This document shows positions 44,595 to 55,154 of a DNA stretch of 64,000 nt, in pieces (the first letter of the stretch is position 1; each line of letters opens with the position of its first letter). Source of the DNA: Diplonema japonicum (lineage: Eukaryota; Protista; Euglenozoa: Diplonemea); contig OZ025692.1 in assembly GCA_964019335.1 (NCBI GenBank), forward strand, positions 62,001-126,000, given 5' to 3'. A model generated the notes under the pieces. The model made no database searches, was not told where the DNA came from, and saw only the letters and a program-made list of their open reading frames with translations. Made by a program: the position numbers and the translations under genes.

Positions 44595-45860
44595 CTACGC
44601 AAACACATTCAGAACAACATCAGCGACGGGTTCCCGGCACATAGGACAGGCCTTCTTCTCATCGCGCAGCATGAGGTCCTTGACACACGAAGCACACACG
44701 CACATATGCTTGCAAGGGAGAAGGAGACAATCCTTAACATTCTCATAACACACGATGCATGCCTTATCATCATCGTCACCAGCAGGGTTGACCTTTAGCT
44801 CCCCTTTCAGCTTATCAGCAAAGGACTGTGACATTGCAGGCTTGGGCTTAGCTTGCGCAGGCCTTTGAGCAGGTTGCGCATGTTGCGCATGTTGCTGTGG
44901 CTGAGCATAGTACGCACCATGTGCAGGCTGAGCAGGTCGCGGCCTTGCCACCGCGTACACAGGAGGTTCGCCTTCAAACACCTCAATAACCTTCATCACA
45001 AGTTCTTTCAAATACTTGGTTTCCTCCCATCCTGACAGGTACTGGCAGTAAACCAACCCGTTGCGGTCCACATTCCTGTGGTTCTGCTTGATCTGCATGT
45101 CGGGTGTGGGGTTCACATAAATCTCCGGGATGCCCCCCTGCATGCTGGGATATTTCTGCGGGACGCGCACGACGACTGGTATGTTGTACGAGTTCCCCTC
45201 AAAACGAGTCGGGACTGTCCCCACAAGCTTCACAACCACTGTCCTCCCCACCATCTCCTCCTTCGGGATCAACGTGGGGAAGGTCTGGATGGCCTCACCT
45301 ATGTCGTCTGTGACACGGTTTAGTTGGCTACGAGGGTACGATTCGCCTTTGGGGAAGATATCCTTTTCAAGGAATGCGATGAGCCTGTTGCGTGTGGAGC
45401 TGTCCAGGTGGACGGGTGGGCGTTGTCGTGTCTGTGCACGTGCGTTCGTCGCGTAGAGAGGCGGCTCCTTGTCAAACCGAACACGTATGTCCTGAAGCAG
45501 ACCTGTGAGGTTGTGCCCATGGTTCCATTGCGCCATGTAGTCGGTCAGCACACTGCCGTCCCGCTGCATTTGGTAGCCTCGTGCTTTGGTGTAGGGTTGC
45601 ATGTTCTCAGAAGGCATTACACAGACAACAGGCGTTCGGCGGGGGTACCCAGCAAGCCTCATTTGTACGGGGGTGTGGTACTGCTGCCCAAGATGCGTTG
45701 TGGGGATTGTCCCTCGAAGCAGCAGTTCACCCTCGTACTTAGGTACCAAACTCCCGTTCACGCTGTTGATAGCCATCAGACAGTCTCTGTATGTGACATC
45801 CCTTTCTACGCTGGGCACTTTAGAAATCAACGTATCCAGGGCTCGTACGGCTGTTGACAT
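44595..45860 (-). CDS. Tandem TSG101/Vps23-type UEV domains fused to a C-terminal C3HC4 RING
   Basis: Two LxGT[IV]P..G..Y..P...YP...P..M...G...Y...W...F..EPP[LV]YA units, then CIVC..LLLPCKHMCVCASC..CPMCR. Confidence 0.88.
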   Translation of the reverse strand: MSTAVRALDTLISKVPSVERDVTYRDCLMAINSVNGSLVPKYEGELLLRGTIPTTHLGQQYHTPVQMRLAGYPRRTPVVCVMPSENMQPYTKARGYQMQRDGSVLTDYMAQWNHGHNLTGLLQDIRVRFDKEPPLYATNARAQTRQRPPVHLDSSTRNRLIAFLEKDIFPKGESYPRSQLNRVTDDIGEAIQTFPTLIPKEEMVGRTVVVKLVGTVPTRFEGNSYNIPVVVRVPQKYPSMQGGIPEIYVNPTPDMQIKQNHRNVDRNGLVYCQYLSGWEETKYLKELVMKVIEVFEGEPPVYAVARPRPAQPAHGAYYAQPQQHAQHAQPAQRPAQAKPKPAMSQSFADKLKGELKVNPAGDDDDKACIVCYENVKDCLLLPCKHMCVCASCVKDLMLRDEKKACPMCREPVADVVLNVFA

Positions 45861-47235
45861 TTTCTTTTTTTTTTTTGTGGGTTCTTTGTTTGTGTTGGTG
45901 TTTTCTTTTTCTTTTCTTTTTTTAAAAAGAAGAGGGGGAAAAAAAAAGTGGTAGCATTGTGGTGGTGTTCATTTTTACCGACTTTTCTTTTTTTCCCCCT
46001 TTCTTCCCCCCCCCCCCCCCTACCCTTGATCTCTTCAGCAATATAACACCATGTTTTCTTTTTTTTATTTTCTTTTTTTGGGCGATTCACCATGGAGAAG
46101 AAGGAGACGGGGGGTATCAAAAAAAAAAGACCGAGAGAGAAAGCAACAGACCGGAAGGGTCCGGTCGATGTCTATCGTTGTGGTAAAAGAAATTGGATGG
46201 GGATGGGTTATGGGGGGAGGGGGGGCGGAAAGGGATAAGGGAGGGGAGAAAAAATTCTTAGTTCGTATATGAAACATAATCTGTATTTCAAAAAAAAAAA
46301 AAACATTTTTTTTTTAATAAAAAATGGCGGAGAAATATAGCGGTGACCCACCAAAAAGAGTCAAAATGTTGGCTGATTGTTGTCAATACACAGCCGGATT
46401 AGCCTGTAGAAAAAAGAAGAAAAAAAAAATTTATTCTGCTGTTTTCCTTCTCTCCACCCTTCTGTTTCTTCAGATTTACTTCAACTCGGGCAGGCTTTAA
46501 CCTTTTTTTTTTTAAAATTCATCTCTCTTATTATTTTCTTTTAAAAAAAGAAAGTCTCAGCACTGCCAACAAAAAAAAATATAATATCAAAAAGATAAGA
46601 AGGGCGGGAGAGAGGGACAATTAAATCAACAAAAAAAAGAAGAAAACACTAAAAGAAAAAAAATTATATGAAACACACTTTTTTTTTCTCTCTTCCCCTC
46701 CCCGACTCCCCCCCGGTTCCTTTTTTATCCTTTTTCTTCTTTTTTTTTTTTACCTGTTTTTTTCCCAATCGACTTCTTTCCCCTTCAACTGTCTAATTTT
46801 CTCGAATGCAGCGAGGCTACAGAAGAATCGGGACGGCAACAAATTAAAAAAAAAAAAAAAATGCTACTTTAAAATAATTACTTCCTTAGAATAATAAAGC
46901 AGAAAGAAAAAAAAAAGGCTATTTATGAAACACTCTAATTTCTCTTTTTAAATTCTTTTTTCCTTATTCTTTTGTTCGCCCCTTTTGTAGGACCTTGCCC
47001 CATATATTTTTATTTTCTTCGCCCGGGAAATGAAAAAAAAAAAAGAAAAAAGAAGTAAAAAAAAAAAAAAAAAAAGGGTATTTTTCTTGACACTAATGAG
47101 AACGTTCAAAGTAAGAGTGTGTAAGAAAGAGGAACTGGCCGTTGTGCGCACATGCCGGTAGAAACCTGGAGAAGAGTCTTACCGGACAAGTCAAAGACTC
47201 GTTCTTGCAAAAAAAAAAAAAAAAAAAAAAAAAAA

Positions 47236-50200
47236 TCACCATCCTTGACGCAGGTGCTTGATGCTTGCGAAAGGCTTGAACTCCTCCCAGTAGTCCCGTC
47301 CGGTTAGCTGCTCCAGCAGAGCTTGGCAGGTGGCTGCGTCTTGAGACAAGATCCCGTTCGCAAAAGAGAAGGTGGCACTCCTGACGTGCGGCTGCAGATG
47401 GTTAGCAGCAAGCTTTGCGAACAGCACTGCAAAGTTGTAAAGAACATCGACAATGGTGTGCATACCTGACAGCGACTTGTGCACCAGAACAGCTGTCTTC
47501 TGCTGCCTTCTGTCTTCAGTCGCACCGAACAAGTAGTTGAACAGCTGCACTAGCGACGTCGCGGTGGCCGCCTCTTCGGGTGTCAGGTTCGTTGTGTCAG
47601 GGTTTAGCGGTGCGAATGCCCTGTTGTTTGTATATTACGTTTGTAGTCGCATACCCCGACGGCACAGCTGGCTGGGTGGTTGGAGCTGGTGGGGCGTTCG
47701 AGTGAGATGACGAGTTGAGAGATGCTGACGACCCCGTTGTGCCAACTGCACGAGGCATGTGGGGGTTATGTGTGGGCTGCGTAGGTGCAGGGACAGGGGG
47801 TGTAGGAGCAACAGGGGCGGGCTGGTGTACGGGGTGCATGGAGGGCATAGGTTGCGTGGGCATGGGTGTGGGGGCGGTGTGCTGCGTTGGGTACGCATGG
47901 TGAGAGGTCGGGACGGGAGGGGTAGGAGTGGGGGTCGGAGCAGCGCCATACTGGTACGGCGCAGGTGTGTGTCCTGCTGCTGGGTGTGGTATAGGAGTGG
48001 GTGTAGGCGTAGGTGTCGGTGTCGGTGTAGGCGTGGGCACAGGGGCGTGATGCACAGGTGCTACGTGGGGCATATGCGACCCATGTGGCATGTGTGTGGG
48101 AGTTGGTGTGTGTGTGGGTGCAGGCATGGGGACGTGTGCGGGCGTGGGTGTCGGAGTTGTTGTTGTCGGGACAGGCGGCAGAGCAAAAAGGTCCGTCGCC
48201 GCGCCCTGTTGCGTGTCTATGTGATGAAGGCACATACCTGCTGGTGGTCACTCCACCCAGGAGCCTCGGGCTCATGCGCAGCCTCAGGTGCATGGGCAAC
48301 AGGAATAATATCGAACTGTTGGTACGGGCAGAATGCGTTCGGGTCATGCAGCAGGAGGTACGAATTCGCGAGCCTCCATTTCAGTGCCATAGAGGCCTCG
48401 TGCGTGTTAGGTGCGATGTCCAGCATCCCTTGTGCCAAGCGTGCGCCTCCTTGCTGAGCAAGAAGAGATGCGTACTTGCAGTTAAGATCAAGGTACAGCT
48501 CCGACTGGCACGCGCCAGTGACGGTGCTCATCATGGAGATGATCTCAATGAAGTGCTGCAGCTCAGACGGCTTGCTGCTATTCAGGTTAGCTGTCAGGTG
48601 CTCTACCACCTTGTCAATATTGCCCTGTTGTGTGTTCCCATGTCATGTCAATCCACATACCGCACACAGCCAGCACGTGAGAGGGTCGCCCTTCTTGGCT
48701 TCGGCAAGTGTTGTGCCTAATCGGTCGCAGAAGTAGCGCAGTTGCTCGGCCTCAGCTGAGACTGCAATAAGCGCCAAGGTCTGCGTCCAGTTGAGTGTTG
48801 CCTCCGGGAGTGCGATATTGTTGATAAGCTCATCAAGCCCCGTGTAGCCCTCAGCAAGAATACGGACCATGCTAATGATGGCACTGGACGAAGGACGGGC
48901 TGTGTACCCCTTATAGTAATGTGCCTTAGCATCGTCCCACATCCCACTGTGGCACGCCAACACCAAGGCGTCGGACAACCTCTCACCATGGACAAGCCAT
49001 TTGTGAGCCTCCGCAGCTTTTCCCACCAACAACGCCCGCTTCGCGAGCTTGTCGGCTTCATCATGCGAGACACCTTCCACATCTTTGTCGATACCCTCCT
49101 CAGTCATGTTCAGGTACTGCAGCAGAGCGTGTCGGGGCTGCTCGCTGAATTGCGTTTTCAGCACCGACCACACAGTGGCACTTACCATATCCTTATTCTG
49201 CTTTGCTGCGGTTGCCTTCGCTTCGCAGTACGCCACCTTCTCTTCGTTGCTGGCGTTCATCGCAGTTGCGTGGCTCTCCGCGTTCTTGTTAATCTCCGAC
49301 GCACTCAAAACAGACGTAACCGTCACAATGGGGTTCACACCCGTGGCGGGCGGCTGGCCAGGCTGCTGCGGCATCTTCGACGTGAACGACGCAAGACGGC
49401 CGCCAAACACGAAAGAAGCACCCACAGGGCGCTTGAGCCACCCGGGTGCTGCTTTGCAGCTCTTTGAACCCTGTTTTCGTGTTGTCGTGTGCATGGAACA
49501 CATACCGCTCCTGTGCTCAGGGAGTGCATGCTGGTCACCTTGATCCTACCGTCCACTGCGGCTCCAGAGGCGAGAACAGGCATCTGTGTGAGTTGTCGTT
49601 CGCAACAATATGCATACCGTTGGGTGCCACTTAGCATTCAGTGTTTTGCCAGTAGGAGCAGGGAGGTCGGCAGTGAGCTGCTCATGGTCCGATGCACCAG
49701 GATTCCACAAACAGGTCCTAAAGAGGTGTGGTTGCGGGTGAGTTTACATACCTTCCATCGATAGCTGTCGAGACAAGGAGCGAAGGGTCAAGAGAAGACC
49801 AAGAGAGTGACGACACACCACCGGTGTGTCCATCAAGGACAGATCGCGGCATGGTGGTGTAGCGAACGTCCCACAGCTGGATGGGAGAAGGGGCTTGGTG
49901 GACGTAGGGGAAGGTGCCCACGGCAAGCTCCAGGGAGTCCACAGGGTTCCACGCCATGGAGGTGAAGGCGTATTGGCCTGCTGCTTGGAGCTGCATTGAG
50001 AGCTTCTTCGTGCGAAGATCCCACAGCACAACTGAGCCGCTCATGGTAGAGCCGGCCAGCACACGGAGATGCTCGGGGTTGAAAAGCACGTCCGAGACGT
50101 TGGCAGAGTTGGAAGCGGAGTAGGAGGGGTCCAGAGTTAGCTCCAGGGGGTTCTTAGGGTCCCCTAGCTGCCACACTGACATAACGCCCTGCGTGCCACC

Positions 50201-50641
50201 TGTCGCGATGCAAGCCGGGCTGGCCTTGGTTGTGAAGTCCATGCAAGTAATGTTCCCGCTACGGTGCTTGATGGTCCCAAGCTCCGCGGGTTTCCCGCCA
50301 AGAATGGCGTCAGTGCTCCACAGCTTCAAAGGGCCATCGCTGAGGGCTCCCGCAATGATGCCGCCTGACCCCTGCGAGCATGCTCCCCAACTAATCTTCT
50401 CGAACCTCATGTTTTCCAACTCAAGGCCTGCTTTCTTATTCAGCTTTCCTTGCACGACATCCATCTCGTAGATTGAGACGCAGCTGGAGCTCTGGCTCTT
50501 GCTGGGTTCATCCTGGCCCCCGAACAGGCCACCAGCACTCATAAATGCTGATCCAGCAGCAGACCCCGTGACCAGCGTGGGCTTCTTGCTGGGCTCCACC
50601 ACAGGGTTCCATGCGAATACACTTGACCCAGGCCCTTCCAT
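47236..50641 (-). CDS. SEC31: COPII outer coat protein Sec31 (8 exons)
   Basis: WD40 N-terminus, APGWLKRPVGASFVFGGRL, helical ACE1-like region, Pro-rich linker and C-terminal helical domain. Introns at 49718-49751, 49584-49617, 49471-49505, 48625-48660, 48206-48237, 47621-47654 and 47427-47465 (32-39 nt, all GTATG..AG) give one frame. Confidence 0.93.
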
Positions 50642-50736
50642 CTTTGTCCCTCCCGGCTTGTTTGACGTGAAAAAAAGAATAGTAGAGGTGAAAAAAAAAA
50701 AAGATATGTAACATTTGCCTTGAAACCTTTTCTTTG

Positions 50737-52311
50737 CTACGGAACAAAAAACCGGTTACCGCCCGACTTACCGTCCTGTTTTTTATTTCTCACGGAGAAC
50801 TCACCCTCCGAGTTGATGACGGTAAGGGACTCGGAGAAGCTGCTGGACACCTCTCTCCCCTTGGGCTTGGTGTATCGAGGGTGTAGCTGCTTGGTTTTAG
50901 TTTTGGAGAGGACAGAGAGACCTCGGTCAGCTTTTAACCGAGACTGGGAAGTCGTCTCAGGTACAGTTTTGTTTTTTTTAGGGGGTGCTGGGTGGTACTC
51001 TTCCTGGGGATCACCCTCTACGGCTTCAGCATCGCCTTCGTAGTGGGTGTACTGGATGGTGTTGTTGTCGAACTTCTCTCGAGGGGGGATGTTCTCTTCT
51101 TGCCAAGCGTCGAAGTTGATGTTCCACATGGCGAGGATCTCCATTGGGTTGACGCGGTTGGCCGTGTCTTCCTTGTCGCTCCCTGCGTAGTCGTAGTCGC
51201 TGCTCGAGGGGTCGGTTGTCGCACCGTTGTTGTCACCGTTCGTTGCAGCGTTGAGACGCTTCTCGCGGAGCTTCTGTCTCCTCTCCCGTCGAGCTCGCTC
51301 CTTCCGAAGTTGCTCGTCAACCTTCTCCTGTCGCTTTGCCATCTCTTCTGCTTGTTCGAACCCTGCCACACCGCTGTCATAGTTCATCTTCACTGCGCGT
51401 GTCTTCCACCTATCGCATTCTCGCTGCACTCTCCTCACTTGTGCATTCGACTTAGTCAGTTCTTTCCTGGATGCCTCGTACTCCATGTACAGCAGCTCCA
51501 GCGATGCCCGTTCCACACGACGCTGTTTCAGCGCCTCTTCCAGCTGCGTGTTTTTTGCCTTCGAATCATTCAGCTGTTTCCGGAGCCTCTGCACCTCATT
51601 CTGATGCTGCTTTATATTCTGATGTGCCAGATCCTGCTCCGTCTTCATTCTCTCGTGCGACGTCTCTAGCTGCTTGCACCTTGACAGCACGCCTTCAATC
51701 GAGTCGTTCTGTCGCTGCAACACCAGCTGCAGATGATCGTTCCCTTGCAGAGCTATCTTGGCTTCCTCGGACAATGCGCGGTAGGCTTCTGCTCGGAATT
51801 TCTTCTCTGCTTCTGAGAGCCTTCGCTTAAACTCTGCTTCTAGGTGCCCTCTGAAGTCGGTCATTTCATTGCTCGTCTTTGATCTGAGATCTTCATTGAC
51901 GCCTTGCAGCTTCTCCACTGCAGCCTGGTGCTGTATCAGGGATTCCCGCAGCTGGCGGTTCTCTTTTTCGAACGATGCAAAGACCTGATTCTCTTCAGTG
52001 AGACGCGTGATCTCGACCTCTAAGTACTTGTTACGGTGATCCAGTTCCAAGATCTTTGTTTTGGCTTCCTCGTCCTGCACCTCGCTCTCCTGACCGTACA
52101 TCTGGTTCATTCTAGCCAGCTCTTCTTGAAGGAAGGCGATAACTTGGTCTTTTTTCGCCTCAGCGTCCTTAAGGTGCTGTACCAGGGCATCTTGTTGTGT
52201 CAGCTGCAAGGACAGCTTTGCGTACTCCCTTCGAGTCTGGTCCAACTCAGCTAACAGCTCCTGCATGGCCGTCCGCGTCTCATTCATGACGGGCTTCGTG
52301 GGGCTCGACAT
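50737..52311 (-). CDS. Coiled-coil protein, CFAP157-like (tentative)
   Basis: Long heptads. LEAEFKRRLSEAEKKFRAEAYRALSEEAKIALQGN is reminiscent of the CFAP157 core. Start is 52311 or an in-frame ATG 30 nt upstream. Confidence 0.6.
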   Translation of the reverse strand: MSSPTKPVMNETRTAMQELLAELDQTRREYAKLSLQLTQQDALVQHLKDAEAKKDQVIAFLQEELARMNQMYGQESEVQDEEAKTKILELDHRNKYLEVEITRLTEENQVFASFEKENRQLRESLIQHQAAVEKLQGVNEDLRSKTSNEMTDFRGHLEAEFKRRLSEAEKKFRAEAYRALSEEAKIALQGNDHLQLVLQRQNDSIEGVLSRCKQLETSHERMKTEQDLAHQNIKQHQNEVQRLRKQLNDSKAKNTQLEEALKQRRVERASLELLYMEYEASRKELTKSNAQVRRVQRECDRWKTRAVKMNYDSGVAGFEQAEEMAKRQEKVDEQLRKERARRERRQKLREKRLNAATNGDNNGATTDPSSSDYDYAGSDKEDTANRVNPMEILAMWNINFDAWQEENIPPREKFDNNTIQYTHYEGDAEAVEGDPQEEYHPAPPKKNKTVPETTSQSRLKADRGLSVLSKTKTKQLHPRYTKPKGREVSSSFSESLTVINSEGEFSVRNKKQDGKSGGNRFFVP

Positions 52312-52414
52312 GATGCATCCTGTGTGTGGTGTACTAGGCATGAACCAGTAAATGTTTTCAATAGCAGCATGGTAGTATATAAACAAAACAGAACGTAAAA
52401 GTGCCATGAGGGTG

Positions 52415-54090
52415 CTATGAGGAGTGGTGGCTCGGCGTCGATCTTTTGGACGTCCTGCGAAGCTTCGCTGTGGCCTGCCCCCCGAACCTCTCTGCCGCCT
52501 TTTCAAGGATGGCCTTCGCGTACTCCGAGAACTCGTCGAGCACCTCTTCGAAGTGTACCTTTTTCAAGATGTACAGCTCGCACACGGTGTGCGCTACGAC
52601 GGTGGCCGTTCGCTTCGTGTGGTAAATGAGTGCCACTTCGCCAAAGAAGCAGCCGTCTGTCAGTGTTGCAACGATTTTTGGTTCTTTGCCTTCCTCTTCG
52701 ACACACACGTTCACCTCGCCGCTTGAGATGAAAAACATCTCTGAGCCCACGTCTCCCGTTTTGCAAATATAGTTCCCCGCAAGCACAACGCGCGGCTGCA
52801 GGTGCAGGATAACAGCGTTGAGGAAGGCCTTGCTCACGTCCTTGAAGAGGGGTACCTTTTGAATGATATCGTTGTTGACGAACTCGGAGACCTCGAGGCG
52901 GAGGTAGGTGGGCATGTCCTGCAAGAGGTCGGTCTCGTCGACACCCTTTCTCGTGTCCCACATGTATGAGTAATATTTGCGGACTTTCATCTGCGTGGTT
53001 TGCGGGAGCCGTCGGTACTTCATCCAGTCGTTCAGGGTGTCCATCTTAGTGCGGTGTGCCTGCGTGGTGGCGTCGAGATTGCTCACCAACGACCCTACAG
53101 TACCAATGACGTTTACATAGACAGACAACCCTACAAGGGTCACAAGGATAGTGTACAGCGTCTCCAACGTGCGAACAGGAATGGTGTTCCCGTAGCCGGT
53201 CATCAGAATAAACGCCCAGTATAGTGCCCTGACGTACTGCCTCGGAACGTCTAGTTCAAAGAGGTCGTAGTAGCCTTGCCATGCGAGGCTCCTTCCTCCT
53301 GAAGGGTGTCCTGTTGTCTGGCCAATCTCCTCTCCTGGGCCTTCGTGACGGAGCACGAGGAAAAACCCACACGCTAAAAGGTGCGCTGTAAACGTCATTG
53401 TGCACGCTGCCTTGACCAGACGCGTGAGGTTTGTAGAGGCCCGCGGGTTAAAGGATTCAAACAAATGGAAATATGTATTGAAATATGTTATTCGAAGCAA
53501 ACGGTTCACCTTTATTTATTTATTTATTTATCTTGTTCTGTTCTTTTCCTCCCAAATCATACCCTGAATACGCAATCGTAGCCAAATACAGCGTTGAGGA
53601 TGTAGTCTAAGGGGAGGACAGAGAGGACGTCGTGGAAGAATCCTTGGTGGACTTTGCGAAGGTAGTGTTGCTTTATCCCCTCACGAGTGGTGATGAAGAA
53701 GCCTTTTACCTCGATGGCGGTGCGGAACTTGACCGCGATGTCGACTGCCTGAATGATGTCACCAATGACGTCAAAGAAGACCCATGGCATGATGGCTTGA
53801 ACATCGAAGCAGATCCTTATGGGGAGAAACACAAGAATGTAGAAGTATTGCATGAAGGTGATCACGTGCCATTTTGCCAGCAAGGGCCTGCTGTCTTGCC
53901 AGGGCTGCGGGTCTGTGCTCTGGTCCGGGTGAGGGTGGAACATCTGCACTGTGTTCTTAAGCCATGTAACCCAAGTATGACGTGTCTCTTCACTCTCTTC
54001 CCTTTCAACTTCCTTTATTTCCTCCTCAACCGGTATCTGCGACAGTTCGCTCACCACCATTGAATTATCTGTGTCGGGTAACGTTGCCAT
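52415..54090 (-). CDS. Cyclic-nucleotide-binding-domain cation channel (CNG/HCN/KCNH superfamily), 2 exons
   Basis: S1-S6 segments. S4 FR|VNRLLR is restored by a 53-nt intron at 53510-53562. Pore YWAFILMTGYGN, C-linker, and CNBD FFGEVAL..RTATV. Confidence 0.92.
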
Positions 54091-54209
54091 GTTTTTCTTT
54101 TTTTTTTTCTCCCCCCCCTTCCTCCCGCTCTCCTCCCTCCCCCCTTTTTGTGTTTTAACCAAAAAAAAAAAAAAGAAAGAAAGAAGAAGAAAAGGAGGTT
54201 AGGGCCGTG

Positions 54210-54689
54210 CTACATCTTTTTAAACTCAATTGCCAGAAACTGCTCGTCGTTATACATCACTGAGTGGTGCATGCTGTTAGACCGTGTCAGGGTGTCCAGC
54301 TCATGTGGTGTGTAATATGCATCGGGATGTGTAGGGTATTGCTCAATGCATAAAAGGGAACTATTCGGTGTAAGTACTGCTGATGCGTGGGCAAAAAAAA
54401 GAGGAAGGTCGTGCGTGGCAATATGCGAAAGCACCATAGTGCCCAGGACAAGGTCTGCCTCGCAGCACGCGGCAGGCCATGGTTTCAACACGTCATGCTG
54501 GATCACGCCTTCGACACCTCTATCCCTCAGATTCCACACTGCTCCTTCGCTCACCTCGAGCCCTACAAACTCTTTCACTCCTTTTCCTTTTAACCATCTT
54601 GATGTAACACCCCCGCCACACCCAAACTCAACCACTTTCAATCCCTTGGGCTGGCATACTCTTTCTAATATCCTCACTACACTTTTCAT
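54210..54689 (-). CDS. Class I SAM-dependent methyltransferase
   Basis: Motif I VVEFGCGGG, plus VGLEVSE, HD, and DLV...VLSHI. ATG at 54689. Confidence 0.8.
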   Translation of the reverse strand: MKSVVRILERVCQPKGLKVVEFGCGGGVTSRWLKGKGVKEFVGLEVSEGAVWNLRDRGVEGVIQHDVLKPWPAACCEADLVLGTMVLSHIATHDLPLFFAHASAVLTPNSSLLCIEQYPTHPDAYYTPHELDTLTRSNSMHHSVMYNDEQFLAIEFKKM

Positions 54690-55154
54690 GGTGGACAGAT
54701 GGCTAAAAAAAAAAAAAGAAAGTTCGGGTGGAAATATCAAAAAAGAAAATAAACAGACACAACAAAAAAGAGGTGATCTAAGTAACAAAAAGACGGGGGA
54801 AACGGGGAGGGGGGGGGATCTTTATTTTTATCACAAGGTTATAATGGGAAAAAAAAAAAAAAAAGGAGGGGGAATACAGTTGGTAATGAAAGGACATGCT
54901 GGGAGAAAGGTTGACAACACAACGGTTTTTTTTTTTTTTTCTTTTCTTCCCCCTTCCCAGCCTTATCGTAGCAAAAAGAAAGGCAGAAGGTCGAATTTGA
55001 TTTGTTAATAGCACTGGAGAAAGAGTAGGGGGGGGGGGGGGGGATGGAAAGGAGAGGTTCTTTTCTTTTATTCAAAAATTCTAATTTAATTCTAACAACT
55101 GGTATCTAAAAAGAGAATATTTCTCATGAATTCACACATACAAACAACGGAGGA

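Noticed and set aside
47236-50641. SEC31 as a pseudogene, programmed frameshifting or an alternative genetic code
   Set aside because: All breaks are explained by canonical GT-AG mini-introns, and TAA, TAG and TGA all act as stops elsewhere in the window.
54627-54659. 33-nt GTATG..GAG stretch in the methyltransferase
   Set aside because: Removal would delete the motif I strand (KVVE), and no accepted intron ends in GAG.
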